Shown piece after piece: positions 41,056 through 50,757 of a stretch of DNA of 64,000 nucleotides. A program made the position numbers and the translations under genes. The stretch covers positions 1,090,614 through 1,154,613 of the forward strand of contig OZ251460.1 in NCBI GenBank assembly GCA_965242585.1, given 5' to 3'. The notes beneath the pieces are model-generated. The model did no database searches. It was not told where the DNA came from and saw only the letters and a program-made list of their open reading frames with translations. Source of the DNA: Limisphaerales bacterium. Its GTDB lineage: Bacteria > Verrucomicrobiota > Verrucomicrobiia > Limisphaerales > AAA164-E04. How positions within the stretch are numbered: position 1 is the stretch's first letter; each line of letters begins with the position of its first letter.

Positions 41056-41896
41056 GTGAATCGCCGGGCCTTTACATTGATCGAATTGCTGGTCCTCGTC
41101 ATCGTTATTGGCATTTTGGCTGTCGTTTTGTTGCCGACGCTGGATCGCTCAAAGGTTGCCATCAAGCGGATTCATTGCTCCGACAATGTTCGACAACTGG
41201 CTTTGGCTTTCATTTGTACGCTGAAGATCATGAGGATTATCCGCCGCCATACCATCTTCAGGATACTCGTCTGGAGACGCTTGGTGTACCCTGTCCTATT
41301 GGTTGGGATAATTTGCTTTTGGATGACTATTTGAGTCGGAATACCAACGTTTTCCAGTGTTTGGGCAACTTTGGTTTGAAATCAGTACTTCGCAAGGCGA
41401 ATTTGGTTCCTTCCACCCTATCTATTTATCTCATTCGTGAAGGGATTAATTCGCGTATTCTTAATAGCTCAAAGACATTAACAAGGTCATTTAATTTTGC
41501 CTATAATATGCATCCCTTTTTTAGCAAAATTAAACTAAGTCAAGTTGTTTATCCTTCGGATTTTGTTCTGCTTGGAGATTCGCCGGGGTGGATAAATTTT
41601 AAATCTCCTCGATTTGCTGGGACTGGGAATGGTCTACCTTGGATATATTATCCTATGTTTGATTTGGTTTACCCTTTGTATACCTTTAACTTAACTTGCA
41701 GACATGTTGCGAGGCAAACATTGCGTTTTTGGATGGACATGTCGAAGCATTGACTCTTCGAGAGTTGACGTTGCCTGTGGAGTCGGTTCATCGTCGTTGG
41801 CATTATGACGGCAAGGCGCATTTAGATCGTCTGCGTTATCGGGATGTGGACAACTGGGCGCCTCTTCGCGGCATTGATGAAGAACTTCCTAATTAA
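41056..41896 (+). pseudogene. Prepilin-type N-terminal / H-X9-DG (DUF1559-like) protein with two frameshifts
   Basis: RRAFTLIELLVLV..CSDNVRQL, then HLYAEDH..., then ANIAFLDGHVE in three frames; shifts at about 41208 and 41708. Confidence 0.85.
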
Positions 41897-42083
41897 TCTC
41901 TGATTTCATAGGGTTTTCTTCGGATAGGATTGTTCTGTTCTGATGATTTGCTGCAGGCGAATGCCTCTCTATTTACCCTCTACTTCTGATACGAAAGAGG
42001 AAGTGGGAAATACGGGATATTTCTCTTCCTGTTGCTCTAAAAATGAGTTATGCAAAAGGTCGTCTTTATCGAGAGACGAAACA

Positions 42084-42260
42084 ATGATAATGAAATGTAA
42101 AATGTTTTGGAGCAAATTTTTCACGCCGTGGGAAAAAACGTTTCAATTGGCCTGCGACTTTGCATTCCGAATTGTCTGGGAGCGAGTCATTAGCATTAGC
42201 AATTTTAGCGATCGTTGGTACTGTATTGTGACGGTTTGGTATTGGGAGTACACCGTCGTT
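42084..42260 (+). other. Degenerate small PVC-type hypothetical protein
   Basis: W...F..A.DFA..I..ERVISIS......VTVWYW pattern; the frame runs on into tlyA. Confidence 0.3.
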
Positions 42261-42351
42261 CCAACCTCTTCGTTCTCCCTGCCCTGCCGAAGAAGTAAAA
42301 CCGTGCTTCCCCAAAGAACGGAAAAAGAAGAGAATACGCCGGAAGGAAACG

Positions 42352-43194
42352 ATGAAGCGCCGCTTGGATCAATATCTGTCCGAGGAGGGAATCTGCGCCA
42401 GCCGGGAGAAGGCCAAGCGGGCGATTCTGGCGGGCGCCGTAAGGCTCAACGGACAACGCGCCCGGAAGCCCAGTGACATTGTCAGAGAAACAGATCATGT
42501 CGAACTGATTCCATCCGAACGATACGTCAGCCGGGGAGGGTTTAAGATGGAACATGCGCTCCGATATTTTCAAATCGAAGTCGAAAGTATGACCGCCGTT
42601 GACTTAGGATCTTCTACTGGAGGCTTTACCGATTGCTTGCTACAGCATGGCGCGGCGCGAGTCTATGCCGTCGACGTCGGCAAGGGACAATTAGCGTGGA
42701 AACTGCGTCAAGATTCGCGCGTGCAAATTATGGAAGGAGTTAACGCGCGCTATCTCCAACGATCCCGAATGCCCGCAACGTTTCCGGGAGCCAACCTTGT
42801 TGTCATTGACTGTTCTTTTATCTCACTGACCAAAATACTGCCCGCCATCGTTCCGCTTCTTGTCCCCGCCGGAAAGATTATCGCCCTCGTCAAACCACAG
42901 TTCGAGGCGGGCAGATCAGCTGCGAATCGGGGCCGCGGAGTCATCCGCGATCCGAAAATCCACAAACAAGTGCTTCAAAAAATTCGGCGATTTACCGCCG
43001 ATGAATTGAATCTGCGCTGGATTGGTGTCTGCGAATCTCCTATTTTAAGAGCTTCTGGCAATCGAGAGTTTCTCTGTTTAATCGAAAAGTCTCATGCTCA
43101 AGATTCATCGCATCGGGATCATTGCGAATCCGGGAAAACCCCGTTGGAAGACGAATTTGCGACAAGCGGCGGCGCTGGTTCGCAACGCCGATAG
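42352..43194 (+). CDS. tlyA: TlyA rRNA methyltransferase
   Basis: S4 domain; YVSRGGFK, DLGSSTGGFTD and LVKPQFE motifs. Confidence 0.93.
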   Translation: MKRRLDQYLSEEGICASREKAKRAILAGAVRLNGQRARKPSDIVRETDHVELIPSERYVSRGGFKMEHALRYFQIEVESMTAVDLGSSTGGFTDCLLQHGAARVYAVDVGKGQLAWKLRQDSRVQIMEGVNARYLQRSRMPATFPGANLVVIDCSFISLTKILPAIVPLLVPAGKIIALVKPQFEAGRSAANRGRGVIRDPKIHKQVLQKIRRFTADELNLRWIGVCESPILRASGNREFLCLIEKSHAQDSSHRDHCESGKTPLEDEFATSGGAGSQRR

Positions 43195-43996
43195 AATCGC
43201 CGTTGCTCCTCAACTAGAGCCGTGCGTCGGCTTGAAGAGCCAAACGGACTCAGAAACTCTGTCCGCCGCGGATGCCGCATTTCCCAACTGCATCCAAGGT
43301 ATGGAACAAACAGACCTCATCCTGGTTATCGGAGGCGACGGCACAATGTTGCACGTCGCCCGAACGCTTGGCGGCAGGAAAACCCCGATTCTTGGCATTA
43401 ACACAGGGAATCTCGGATTTCTCACCGCCGCTCCCATGTCGAATCTGCGCGGCATTTTGGAGCGCATTTGGCAGGGCGCCTTCGCCATCGAGACCAGGCC
43501 ATTTCTAGAAGCTGTTCTCTCTAGACCGCGTCCGACAGTTCGCTCCATCGCTCTCAACGATTTTGTCATCAGCCGCAGCGAACTTTCCCGGATGATCCAA
43601 TTGGACGTTTTCGTGGACGGCAAACCGCTAACTACCTATCGATGTGACGGCTTGATTATTTGTTCTCCCACCGGCTCCACTGCTTATTCGCTCTCTGCCG
43701 GCGGTCCCATCGTCAGTCCGAACACGGAAGCCATTGCCTTGACTCCCATCTGCCCGCACGCGCTCTCGAATCGATCCGTCATCGTCCCCCTCAAATCAAC
43801 CGTTCGAGTAGCCGTCGGCACACAGCGCCCCGAAACTCTTCTCACCGGAGACGGACAAGTCTCTCTCACGCTAAAACAAGGGGACGTCATCCAATTTCAG
43901 CAAAGCCGTCGCCGGCTACGTCTTCTTTCAGTGGTTGGCAATGAGTTCTTTCAAACCCTGCGGCAAAAAATGAAATGGAGCGGCTCCAACGTCTAA
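43094..43996 (+). CDS. nadK: NAD kinase
   Basis: GGDGT, GNLGFL, ALND and DGLIICSPTGSTAYSLSAGGP motifs. Confidence 0.95.
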   Translation: MLKIHRIGIIANPGKPRWKTNLRQAAALVRNADRIAVAPQLEPCVGLKSQTDSETLSAADAAFPNCIQGMEQTDLILVIGGDGTMLHVARTLGGRKTPILGINTGNLGFLTAAPMSNLRGILERIWQGAFAIETRPFLEAVLSRPRPTVRSIALNDFVISRSELSRMIQLDVFVDGKPLTTYRCDGLIICSPTGSTAYSLSAGGPIVSPNTEAIALTPICPHALSNRSVIVPLKSTVRVAVGTQRPETLLTGDGQVSLTLKQGDVIQFQQSRRRLRLLSVVGNEFFQTLRQKMKWSGSNV

Positions 43997-44660
43997 AGCG
44001 ATTAAATCACATCCCCACAAACAGCGGCGCTCCCAAAAAGAAGAGAGAACTTGATGAAGAAACCGAGAAAAATCCAGCCAATCCTCTTCAAACAAAAGGA
44101 GATACGGCAAAATTCCTTTTCATCGGTAAAATCACCTCTGATCCCTGAATCCATGACTGACTGCCGAGCCCTAACTAAGCATCCTCAGAATGCTTACGGA
44201 GCATTGAGCCGCCGCCAAACCCCCCAACAAAAACCACCGCTCTCGCTATCCGCCAATCCCCGCCAACCGACTAGACCGGGTTCACGTTTCGATCTGATGC
44301 GGCCAATCCAAAAGAATCGCCAACCCAACAAACCCCAAGAAAATCCCTCTCCACTCCTCAGCAACCACAAAATGCGCCAGCGTAGCAAACCACGCCCACC
44401 CCAGCTTTTTTGCTCACTAGTCCCTCAGCGAATCCGCTCGCCACGCTTGGCCGCTCTCCTCTCAAAAACTTTCTTTTCCGCCACGGCAAAGCAGGATTCT
44501 ACGCTCTTTTGGCAAAGTCAGCAACTTGCGGCCAAGGATTGGCAGCGAGCGGATCTGCTAACGGCCAATGCAAGATGGTGCTCTCTTTCGCTCTTTTTGT
44601 CGTTTTTTGCCGTTGCCAACGAATTTTTCTTAACTTTTTTCATTTTTTTTGATTTTGGGG

Positions 44661-44689
44661 TTGACTCTTTGCGGTGAGGAGGCTAAAAA
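44661..44689 (+). promoter_or_regulatory. Putative sigma70 promoter of the PEP-CTERM gene
   Basis: TTGACT-N17-TAAAAA after T-tracts. Confidence 0.45.
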
Positions 44690-44734
44690 GGAAATCGTTT
44701 ACGTCACCAAAGTCAGAAAATCGATCATTTTTTT

Positions 44735-45560
44735 ATGTTGGAATCTATGAGAACCTTTTCGTTATCATTGGCAAGCGGACAAGCGGGGCTATAATTGTCG
44801 CCTTTTCGCGGCGTTAGTGGTGTCGGCGCTCTCTTTGGTTTCTGGGGAGCAAAGCCAAGCCCAACTTTACCTCCACATCTATCCCAGCCAAGACAACCCC
44901 ACCAGCGAAACCCTCTGGATTTTTAGCGGCTCTTCCACCGCGAGTAGTGCCGGTAGCATCCGAACCTCCTCCTCCAGCGATTCTTTCTCAAGCGGGGACA
45001 GTTGGGGAACTGCGAGCAACAACTTTTTCAACGCCAACAAACCCAACAACGCCAACCTCTCTTTGTCTCCCTTGTTTTCCAGTTCCAACACCAGCGACAT
45101 CGCTTCGGTGAGAGCCCGAATTCCCGGCGGCGGCCGAACCAACATCACCTTTGCCGCCAACGCCACTAATACGCCGACCATCACCATCGGCAGCGGCAGC
45201 CGAACCATTTCCCATCTCTATATGGATGAAAATAGCGGAAACCCTGATAATATGGGGATTCGCGTCTCTGGAAGCGCTTTGTCTTATTCCACTGGGAATG
45301 CTTCGGCTTGGACGGGCGCCGGCATCCTCAACAAACCCATCGGCGACTTCTTTGTGGGAACCTTCAATAACCACGCTAATAGCTTCCTGAATGGCAATTT
45401 TGTGGCAAGCGGCAGTGGCTCGTTGCGGGTTGTCGTCAACAGCCAAGTCATCCCCGAACCGGAAGAATATGCGCTTGTCTTCGGCTTGTTTGCGCTGGGT
45501 TTTGTGTTCTTCCGCCGCTACTTCCAAAAGAAGAAACGCCAACAAACCTCCGCTTCGTAG
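44735..45560 (+). CDS. PEP-CTERM sorting-domain protein (Ser/Asn-rich); probable +1 frameshift in the signal region
   Basis: C-terminus VIPEPEEYALVFGLFALGFVFFRR. ATG 44735 joins ORF 44817..45560 if one base is removed, for example from the G4 at 44785-44788. Confidence 0.8.
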
Positions 45561-46089
45561 TCAACCGCCGGCATTTGCGCTGCGGCAAACCAGTAGCCAG
45601 TGCTCATTAATTCGCGGTCTGTGGCCAAGTGACTTGGGATATTCACAGTTGCGCCAACATCCGTTGTCTACAAACGACGATTGGATTTTTACTTCGCTTC
45701 CATCTTTGCGAAGCGGAGTTTTTATCGCCATGATAAATTCATGGAAACAGAAAGGAAATAGTGGAACGAGGATAAGGAAGGAGCTGTGGATTAGTGGTCT
45801 GAGGATCGGTAGCCAGTGTTCTGCGAGTGTTGCACTGCAAAAACGCTTTTTTCTCCTTGTTTCCTAGAATTTGGAAACGGGATTTTGTTTAGATGGTTAG
45901 TGATACTGGCGGCCTTTTACGCGTTTTCAAAGGCAAGAGAAGAAGAGCAATCAACGTGAATCTCAATTCGCTCTATGCGAGCAGGTTATAAGTTTGATAT
46001 CCCATGTTGAGGGGATGCGTGGAATTCTGGTAAGCGATTCTTCGTAGACAGCATGTTTTGGAGAACGCTCGTGGCCTTACGCTTCCGCA

Positions 46090-46400
46090 AGGGCAAGATT
46101 ACGCTTGCTCCTCAAGTGGTGCGCTGTGGTTGAGAATCCAACCCGGTCTCCGAGAATCCAAACATGCGACCAGCAGTCCGCCGAAGCTCAGCAACCAGCT
46201 GTCCATTCAAGCCGGCTTATACCAAATGCGCACCGGGACACCTCTAGAGAGAAACCTGCCCGATGAGTTCGGCGACTGAAACGCCATCTATCTCCCTTTC
46301 GCCATTGTGCGAAAAGCGCTGTTGTAGAAACGACTCCGGCAGCGGTTCCGGCGCAATCGACAATGAACAACTTCACACGCTATTCACCCAATTGTTGTAT
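46090..46400 (+). mobile_element. Decayed IS5-family transposase N-terminal (DUF4096-like) remnant
   Basis: LW.RI.P...SPPKLS.....LYQMRTGTP..RNLPDEFGD*NAIY matches the RTGxPWRDLPxxFGxWxxxY motif, with W changed to TGA. Confidence 0.7.
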
Positions 46401-47538
46401 AAACTCTTAGGTGTTGATATGCGAGCTGCCTCGGCGCAAGAGGTGTTCCGCGCACTGAGATGTTCGACCCAAGTAAGTTCATTCTCAGTGAAGACAGCCT
46501 ACTCTGGCGCAATGCGCGCTTCACTATGCTCAATGTATGTAGCGCAAATTGCCGTTCTTCCTAGAGTTTTCTGCTACCGGCGGGGGGAGAACAACCATGC
46601 CATGTCAATGTCTGGCGGCGTTGGGAATCGAAGGAGAGTTGTTCTTTCCCAGAGCGGAGCGGAGTGCATGGAGTTATTACGATGCTGGGAAGCGCCCGTT
46701 GCGAATGGCGCGCAATTCCGCTGGGTGCAGGAAGGGAGAGAAACGATTGATTAGAAGGAGGAGGGATGGCCCGAGAGGGTTGAGCGGGTTGTTTCACCAG
46801 GGCAAGAAAGTCTCTTACGAACCCAGTCAAAGAGCTGGGGGTTGGGGGAACTTGTTCGTTTGGCTGGGGCCAAGAAGTTGGAGTGGCATTAGAGAATCGA
46901 GGGAGAATCTCTTATACGAGGGGTTTCTCCTCCAACCATTTCATCGCATCGCCATGCCGTGATAGGATAAATTCTGCGCGGGATAATAGCTCCATTTCCT
47001 CCACAGGACATGACTATTTCCCCCGGAGGTTCTTGGCGTTGGTTCCTCTCGTGGCCATTTGGATTACGACGCAATGATTCACCAATATGGACTAATCAGT
47101 AGGGATTTCGTCCTGTGTCAATTTTGCCAGCGGGTAGTGATTAGCGGCCGTCGACTGGATTTTGACTTGGCTTCGAGATTTCTAAGGCGGTTTTTTTATT
47201 GAGGAATGGTGGAGATGAGAAGGAAAACAGGATGGAATATGGATAAGCAGGATTGCGGAGAAGATGGTGGGACTTTCATCGTTTTTTCCTCTTCTTTATC
47301 TCTTGCCGTTTATGTTCAAAAAACAAAAACTCCAAACCCGCAATTTCTAATTTTGCGCATTGCGTAAACAGCGCTAACCCGCAGTCATAATAAGAACGGA
47401 AAAACTATTTGTTCAAGTAAAGTAAAGATGCTCATCTGCTTTTTGGAGAGAAAAAACGCAGACAAGAATGGCCGAGCCGCTGTGTAATCTGTCGAAGAAA
47501 ACATTGTCAAAAACCGGCAAAACTGTTACTCACGAAGC

Positions 47539-48384
47539 ATGTTGTCGCCGCGCAATTCCACCGCTCTGTGGCAGGAGATTGAGAAACGCTTCTTCCTGAT
47601 CGCCGGACCGTGCGTTATCGAAAGCGAAGCTCTCTGCTTGGATATCGCTGCATTTCTGGCGGAGGCTTGTCGACAACAAGAAATTCGCTGCGTTTTCAAA
47701 GCCAGTTACGACAAAGCCAACCGTTCTTCGGCTAAGTCGTTTCGCGGTCCCGGTTTAGAGGCCGGCCTCGCCGTGCTGGAAACGGTGCGGGCAAAGCACG
47801 GCCTTCCCTTGCTCACGGACGTTCACACCGAGGCTGAAGCCAAAGCGGCCGGCGCCGTCGTCGACATTCTCCAAATTCCCGCTTTTCTTTCCCGACAAAC
47901 CGATCTTCTCCAAGCGGCAGCCGAAACCGGCCGCATTGTAAACGTCAAGAAGGGACAGTTCGCTTCTCCACAGGAGATGAAGAACGTCGCCGACAAATTG
48001 GCCGCCTTCGGCAACCGCCGCTTTTTGTTGACCGAACGAGGCGCCTCCTTCGGCTACCACAACCTTGTGGTCGACATGCGCTCTATCTCAATCATGCAAC
48101 AGTTCGGTTGTCCAGTGGTTTTTGACGCCACCCACTCTGTGCAACTTCCCGGTGTCGGAGGTAGTCAATCCGGCGGGCAACGCGAATTTGCGCCCGTCCT
48201 CGCCAAAGCCGCCGTAGCCGCCGGCGCCGCCGGCATTTTCATGGAAACCCATCCAGAACCCAAAAAGGCACTCAGCGACGGTCCCAACATGATTCCACTT
48301 GACGACCTTCCTGGACTGCTCCGGCAACTGCTGGCCATCCGAAAAGCCATCGAACAAACCCAAAATGAGATTGGCGCTGGATAA
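47539..48384 (+). CDS. kdsA: KDO8P synthase
   Basis: IAGPCVIE, KASYDKANRSS, QIPAFLSRQT and FDATHSVQ motifs. Confidence 0.96.
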   Translation: MLSPRNSTALWQEIEKRFFLIAGPCVIESEALCLDIAAFLAEACRQQEIRCVFKASYDKANRSSAKSFRGPGLEAGLAVLETVRAKHGLPLLTDVHTEAEAKAAGAVVDILQIPAFLSRQTDLLQAAAETGRIVNVKKGQFASPQEMKNVADKLAAFGNRRFLLTERGASFGYHNLVVDMRSISIMQQFGCPVVFDATHSVQLPGVGGSQSGGQREFAPVLAKAAVAAGAAGIFMETHPEPKKALSDGPNMIPLDDLPGLLRQLLAIRKAIEQTQNEIGAG

Positions 48385-48460
48385 TTGGTTCCTCATCCGG
48401 GCCGGCAAAGCGGATTTGCTTGTTTCCCAATCTTTGAATTCTGGTTAAATTGCTCTTCCT

Positions 48461-49027
48461 ATGATGCTTGTCGTCGACAACTACGATTCCTTCACCTACA
48501 ACCTCGTCCAATACCTCGGCGAGATGAAAACAGCCATGACTGTCGTCCGCAACGACGAGATCAACGTCGAGAAAGTTCAAGAACTAAATCCTACCAGAAT
48601 CCTGATCTCTCCCGGCCCTTGCACTCCCAAAGAAGCCGGACAATCCAACAAAATCATCCAAACCTACGCCGGCAAAAGGCCGATTTTAGGCGTCTGCCTC
48701 GGACACCAGTGCATCGCCCACGTCTTTAACGCCAAAGTGCGCGTCAATTACCGCATGATGCACGGCAAAACCTCCCCCATAAAACACAACAACCGAGAAC
48801 TCTTCAAAAACCTTCCCAATCCCTTCACCGCCACGCGCTACCACTCCCTAATCGTGGACCGAAACAACCTGCCGAACTGCTTGGAAATCACCGCCGAAAC
48901 TGAAGAAGGCGAAATCATGGGACTCCGTCATCGCGAACTCCCCCTTTGGGGCGTCCAATTTCATCCCGAAAGCATCCTCACCGAACACGGAAAAGACCTT
49001 CTCAAAAACTTTCTCAGCCTTTGCTAA
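48461..49027 (+). CDS. trpG: Anthranilate/aminodeoxychorismate synthase glutaminase component
   Basis: [21 protein letters not shown] and QFHPES motifs (TrpG/PabA). Confidence 0.92.
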   Translation: MMLVVDNYDSFTYNLVQYLGEMKTAMTVVRNDEINVEKVQELNPTRILISPGPCTPKEAGQSNKIIQTYAGKRPILGVCLGHQCIAHVFNAKVRVNYRMMHGKTSPIKHNNRELFKNLPNPFTATRYHSLIVDRNNLPNCLEITAETEEGEIMGLRHRELPLWGVQFHPESILTEHGKDLLKNFLSLC

Positions 49028-49344
49028 AATTGCCGTTCCCACTTTCCCTTCCTTCATCCGCCGCTTGCGGTCCCCACCAATCCACTCTCTTTTCCGCCCT
49101 TCTGCGTCCCGCCAAACAAGGCATCCAAGAAAAATTCTCCCGAGAATCGCCCCGCAAAACTCGTTAAAACCATCACTAAGCCGATACTAAAATCCGTTGC
49201 TGAAGGCTTAAAAACCAAAAACAAATCGCCATCCCGCCGCCGAAAAACGGAGAAAAGTGCGCTTCTGCACCCGAAAAATTCGAGAAAAAATCGCTCAATT
49301 CGTCAAAAAATCGAAAAAAAAGGAAAAAAAGTTGAAAAAAAAGC

Positions 49345-49375
49345 TTGCGCTCAGGGTTGTTTTGGGTTTTATTAA
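49345..49375 (+). promoter_or_regulatory. Putative promoter TTGCGC-N17-TTTATT with strong upstream A-tracts
   Basis: A-tracts at 49305-49342; the predicted TSS at about 49380 coincides with the start of the long stem. Confidence 0.45.
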
Positions 49376-49377
49376 GT

Positions 49378-49536
49378 GCGTAACAAACGTTCGGCGTGGG
49401 GATTCGTCAATCGGGTCTCCCGCTGAATATCACAGTTTATGATCGTGTTTCGGGAGAGTCGAATATTCTCTTTCCTGTTGCCTTCGGCAAACGGGCAGGA
49501 AAAATTTCGCATTCCCATGCTGAACGTTTGTTACGC
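49378..49536 (+). ncRNA. Putative structured ncRNA / 5' leader
   Basis: Uninterrupted 26-bp stem (49378-49403 with 49511-49536, three G.U pairs) encloses hairpins tctcccg/cgggaga and tttcctg/caggaaa with ttgcc/ggcaa. Confidence 0.7.
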
Positions 49537-49617
49537 GGCCTGGACGCGGGAAGAAGTTTCCCCAAGGCGCCGGCCAAAACGCAATAAACGACATAATCAA
49601 ATAAAGAACTCGACGTT

Positions 49618-50736
49618 ATGAGCCAAATAATGCACCCAAATCAGCTTGACGATTCCACCGAATCGGTCAAGGATAGCCCCAACAACGCCATGCAACCTGC
49701 ATCGCAAACAACCGAATCGCCGGCATCGGCCAAGAAAACGCCGCCGCCAAAGCACTTTGGACTGCTCGCCATCCTCGCCATTGGAGTGGCCGCCGCCGCC
49801 GCCTCCTTTTTGAAATCCAAAATGGAGAAAGCGGCGGCCGTTGCCTCTCAAGTTGGCGCCGCCGTGTTGAAGTCCAAGAAAGCGGTCTTCTCTGCGGCCT
49901 CCGCCATCCTCGGCGTCGTCCAACCCAAATCACAAAAGATTGCAGAGAAACGCCTTGCCAAAGGCAAAGCCCGCCTCGCCAGGGCATCCATCCTCGCGCT
50001 CTTGACCGCCTTCTTCGCCGCTAGCTCACAACTAAATGCTTGGATCAATTTGAGATATTTCCCCATTTATGAACGGACAAATCATTCGTATGTATATTCC
50101 GTTTGGCATCCAAACGATCCAATTCCAGAGATAGAGAGCGGCTACTTTTCAATGTACTTTACTGACTGGCTTAATTCACTTCCATTCTATCCGGGACCGT
50201 GGATTATCGCACATGCGTCGGTGTCGACAGATATGCTTGATAGTAGCCGTTTTCGCAGTATGAGCACTACCTATTTTTCCAATGGAAATCGTGACAACCA
50301 CTGTTTCCGACGAAATAGTGTAGGTCGGCTAATTGGTTGGCGATGCAATAATCGAAGTCCTGTTGCTTTGATCAACCACAAAAAAATTGGAAGACATGTA
50401 CTACGAAAGAAAGAAGGCGCAGAAAACCCCGATAAAAACGCAGTGATAACCCGGGATTATGACTTTTCAATCGTTGTTCCAGAAACAGGACCGGGTAGAC
50501 TTGGACCGGATAAATTTCAAGTACAGTTTCAATATCCACGCTATAATGGAGAAAGTCTGCCTCTCCCACCAGTGAGACGTTGTGTGTCACATGAGTTTCC
50601 TGCCTACCCCGGTCCTTTAGTTTTTATTACTCCTTGTATTCCGAGTGACATGAGCTTGCCAGAAAACGGCTACATTGATTACGAAGGCGCTTGCCTTGTT
50701 ATTTTTGCGCCTCCTTCAGATGAAGACGACGAATAA
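49618..50736 (+). CDS. Secreted hypothetical protein with a very long (about 140 aa) N-terminal leader
   Basis: Ala/Lys-rich leader ending ASILALLTAFFAASSQLNA; the mature part is more AT-rich. Confidence 0.7.
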   Translation: MSQIMHPNQLDDSTESVKDSPNNAMQPASQTTESPASAKKTPPPKHFGLLAILAIGVAAAAASFLKSKMEKAAAVASQVGAAVLKSKKAVFSAASAILGVVQPKSQKIAEKRLAKGKARLARASILALLTAFFAASSQLNAWINLRYFPIYERTNHSYVYSVWHPNDPIPEIESGYFSMYFTDWLNSLPFYPGPWIIAHASVSTDMLDSSRFRSMSTTYFSNGNRDNHCFRRNSVGRLIGWRCNNRSPVALINHKKIGRHVLRKKEGAENPDKNAVITRDYDFSIVVPETGPGRLGPDKFQVQFQYPRYNGESLPLPPVRRCVSHEFPAYPGPLVFITPCIPSDMSLPENGYIDYEGACLVIFAPPSDEDDE

Positions 50737-50757
50737 GAAGAAAGAAAAAACTAGACC

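Noticed and set aside
43094-43194. 101-bp tlyA/nadK overlap
   Set aside because: Most simply a C-terminal run-on of tlyA past its conserved end (GNREFL).
44051-44677. 208-aa ORF, and ORFs 45391..45867 and 46263..46754
   Set aside because: Low-complexity, skew-driven composition with no protein-like motifs; treated as non-coding or relic DNA.
49378-49536. Retron msr-msd or 6S RNA
   Set aside because: No adjacent reverse transcriptase; the branched interior does not fit the 6S rod with a central bubble. Kept as an unknown RNA.
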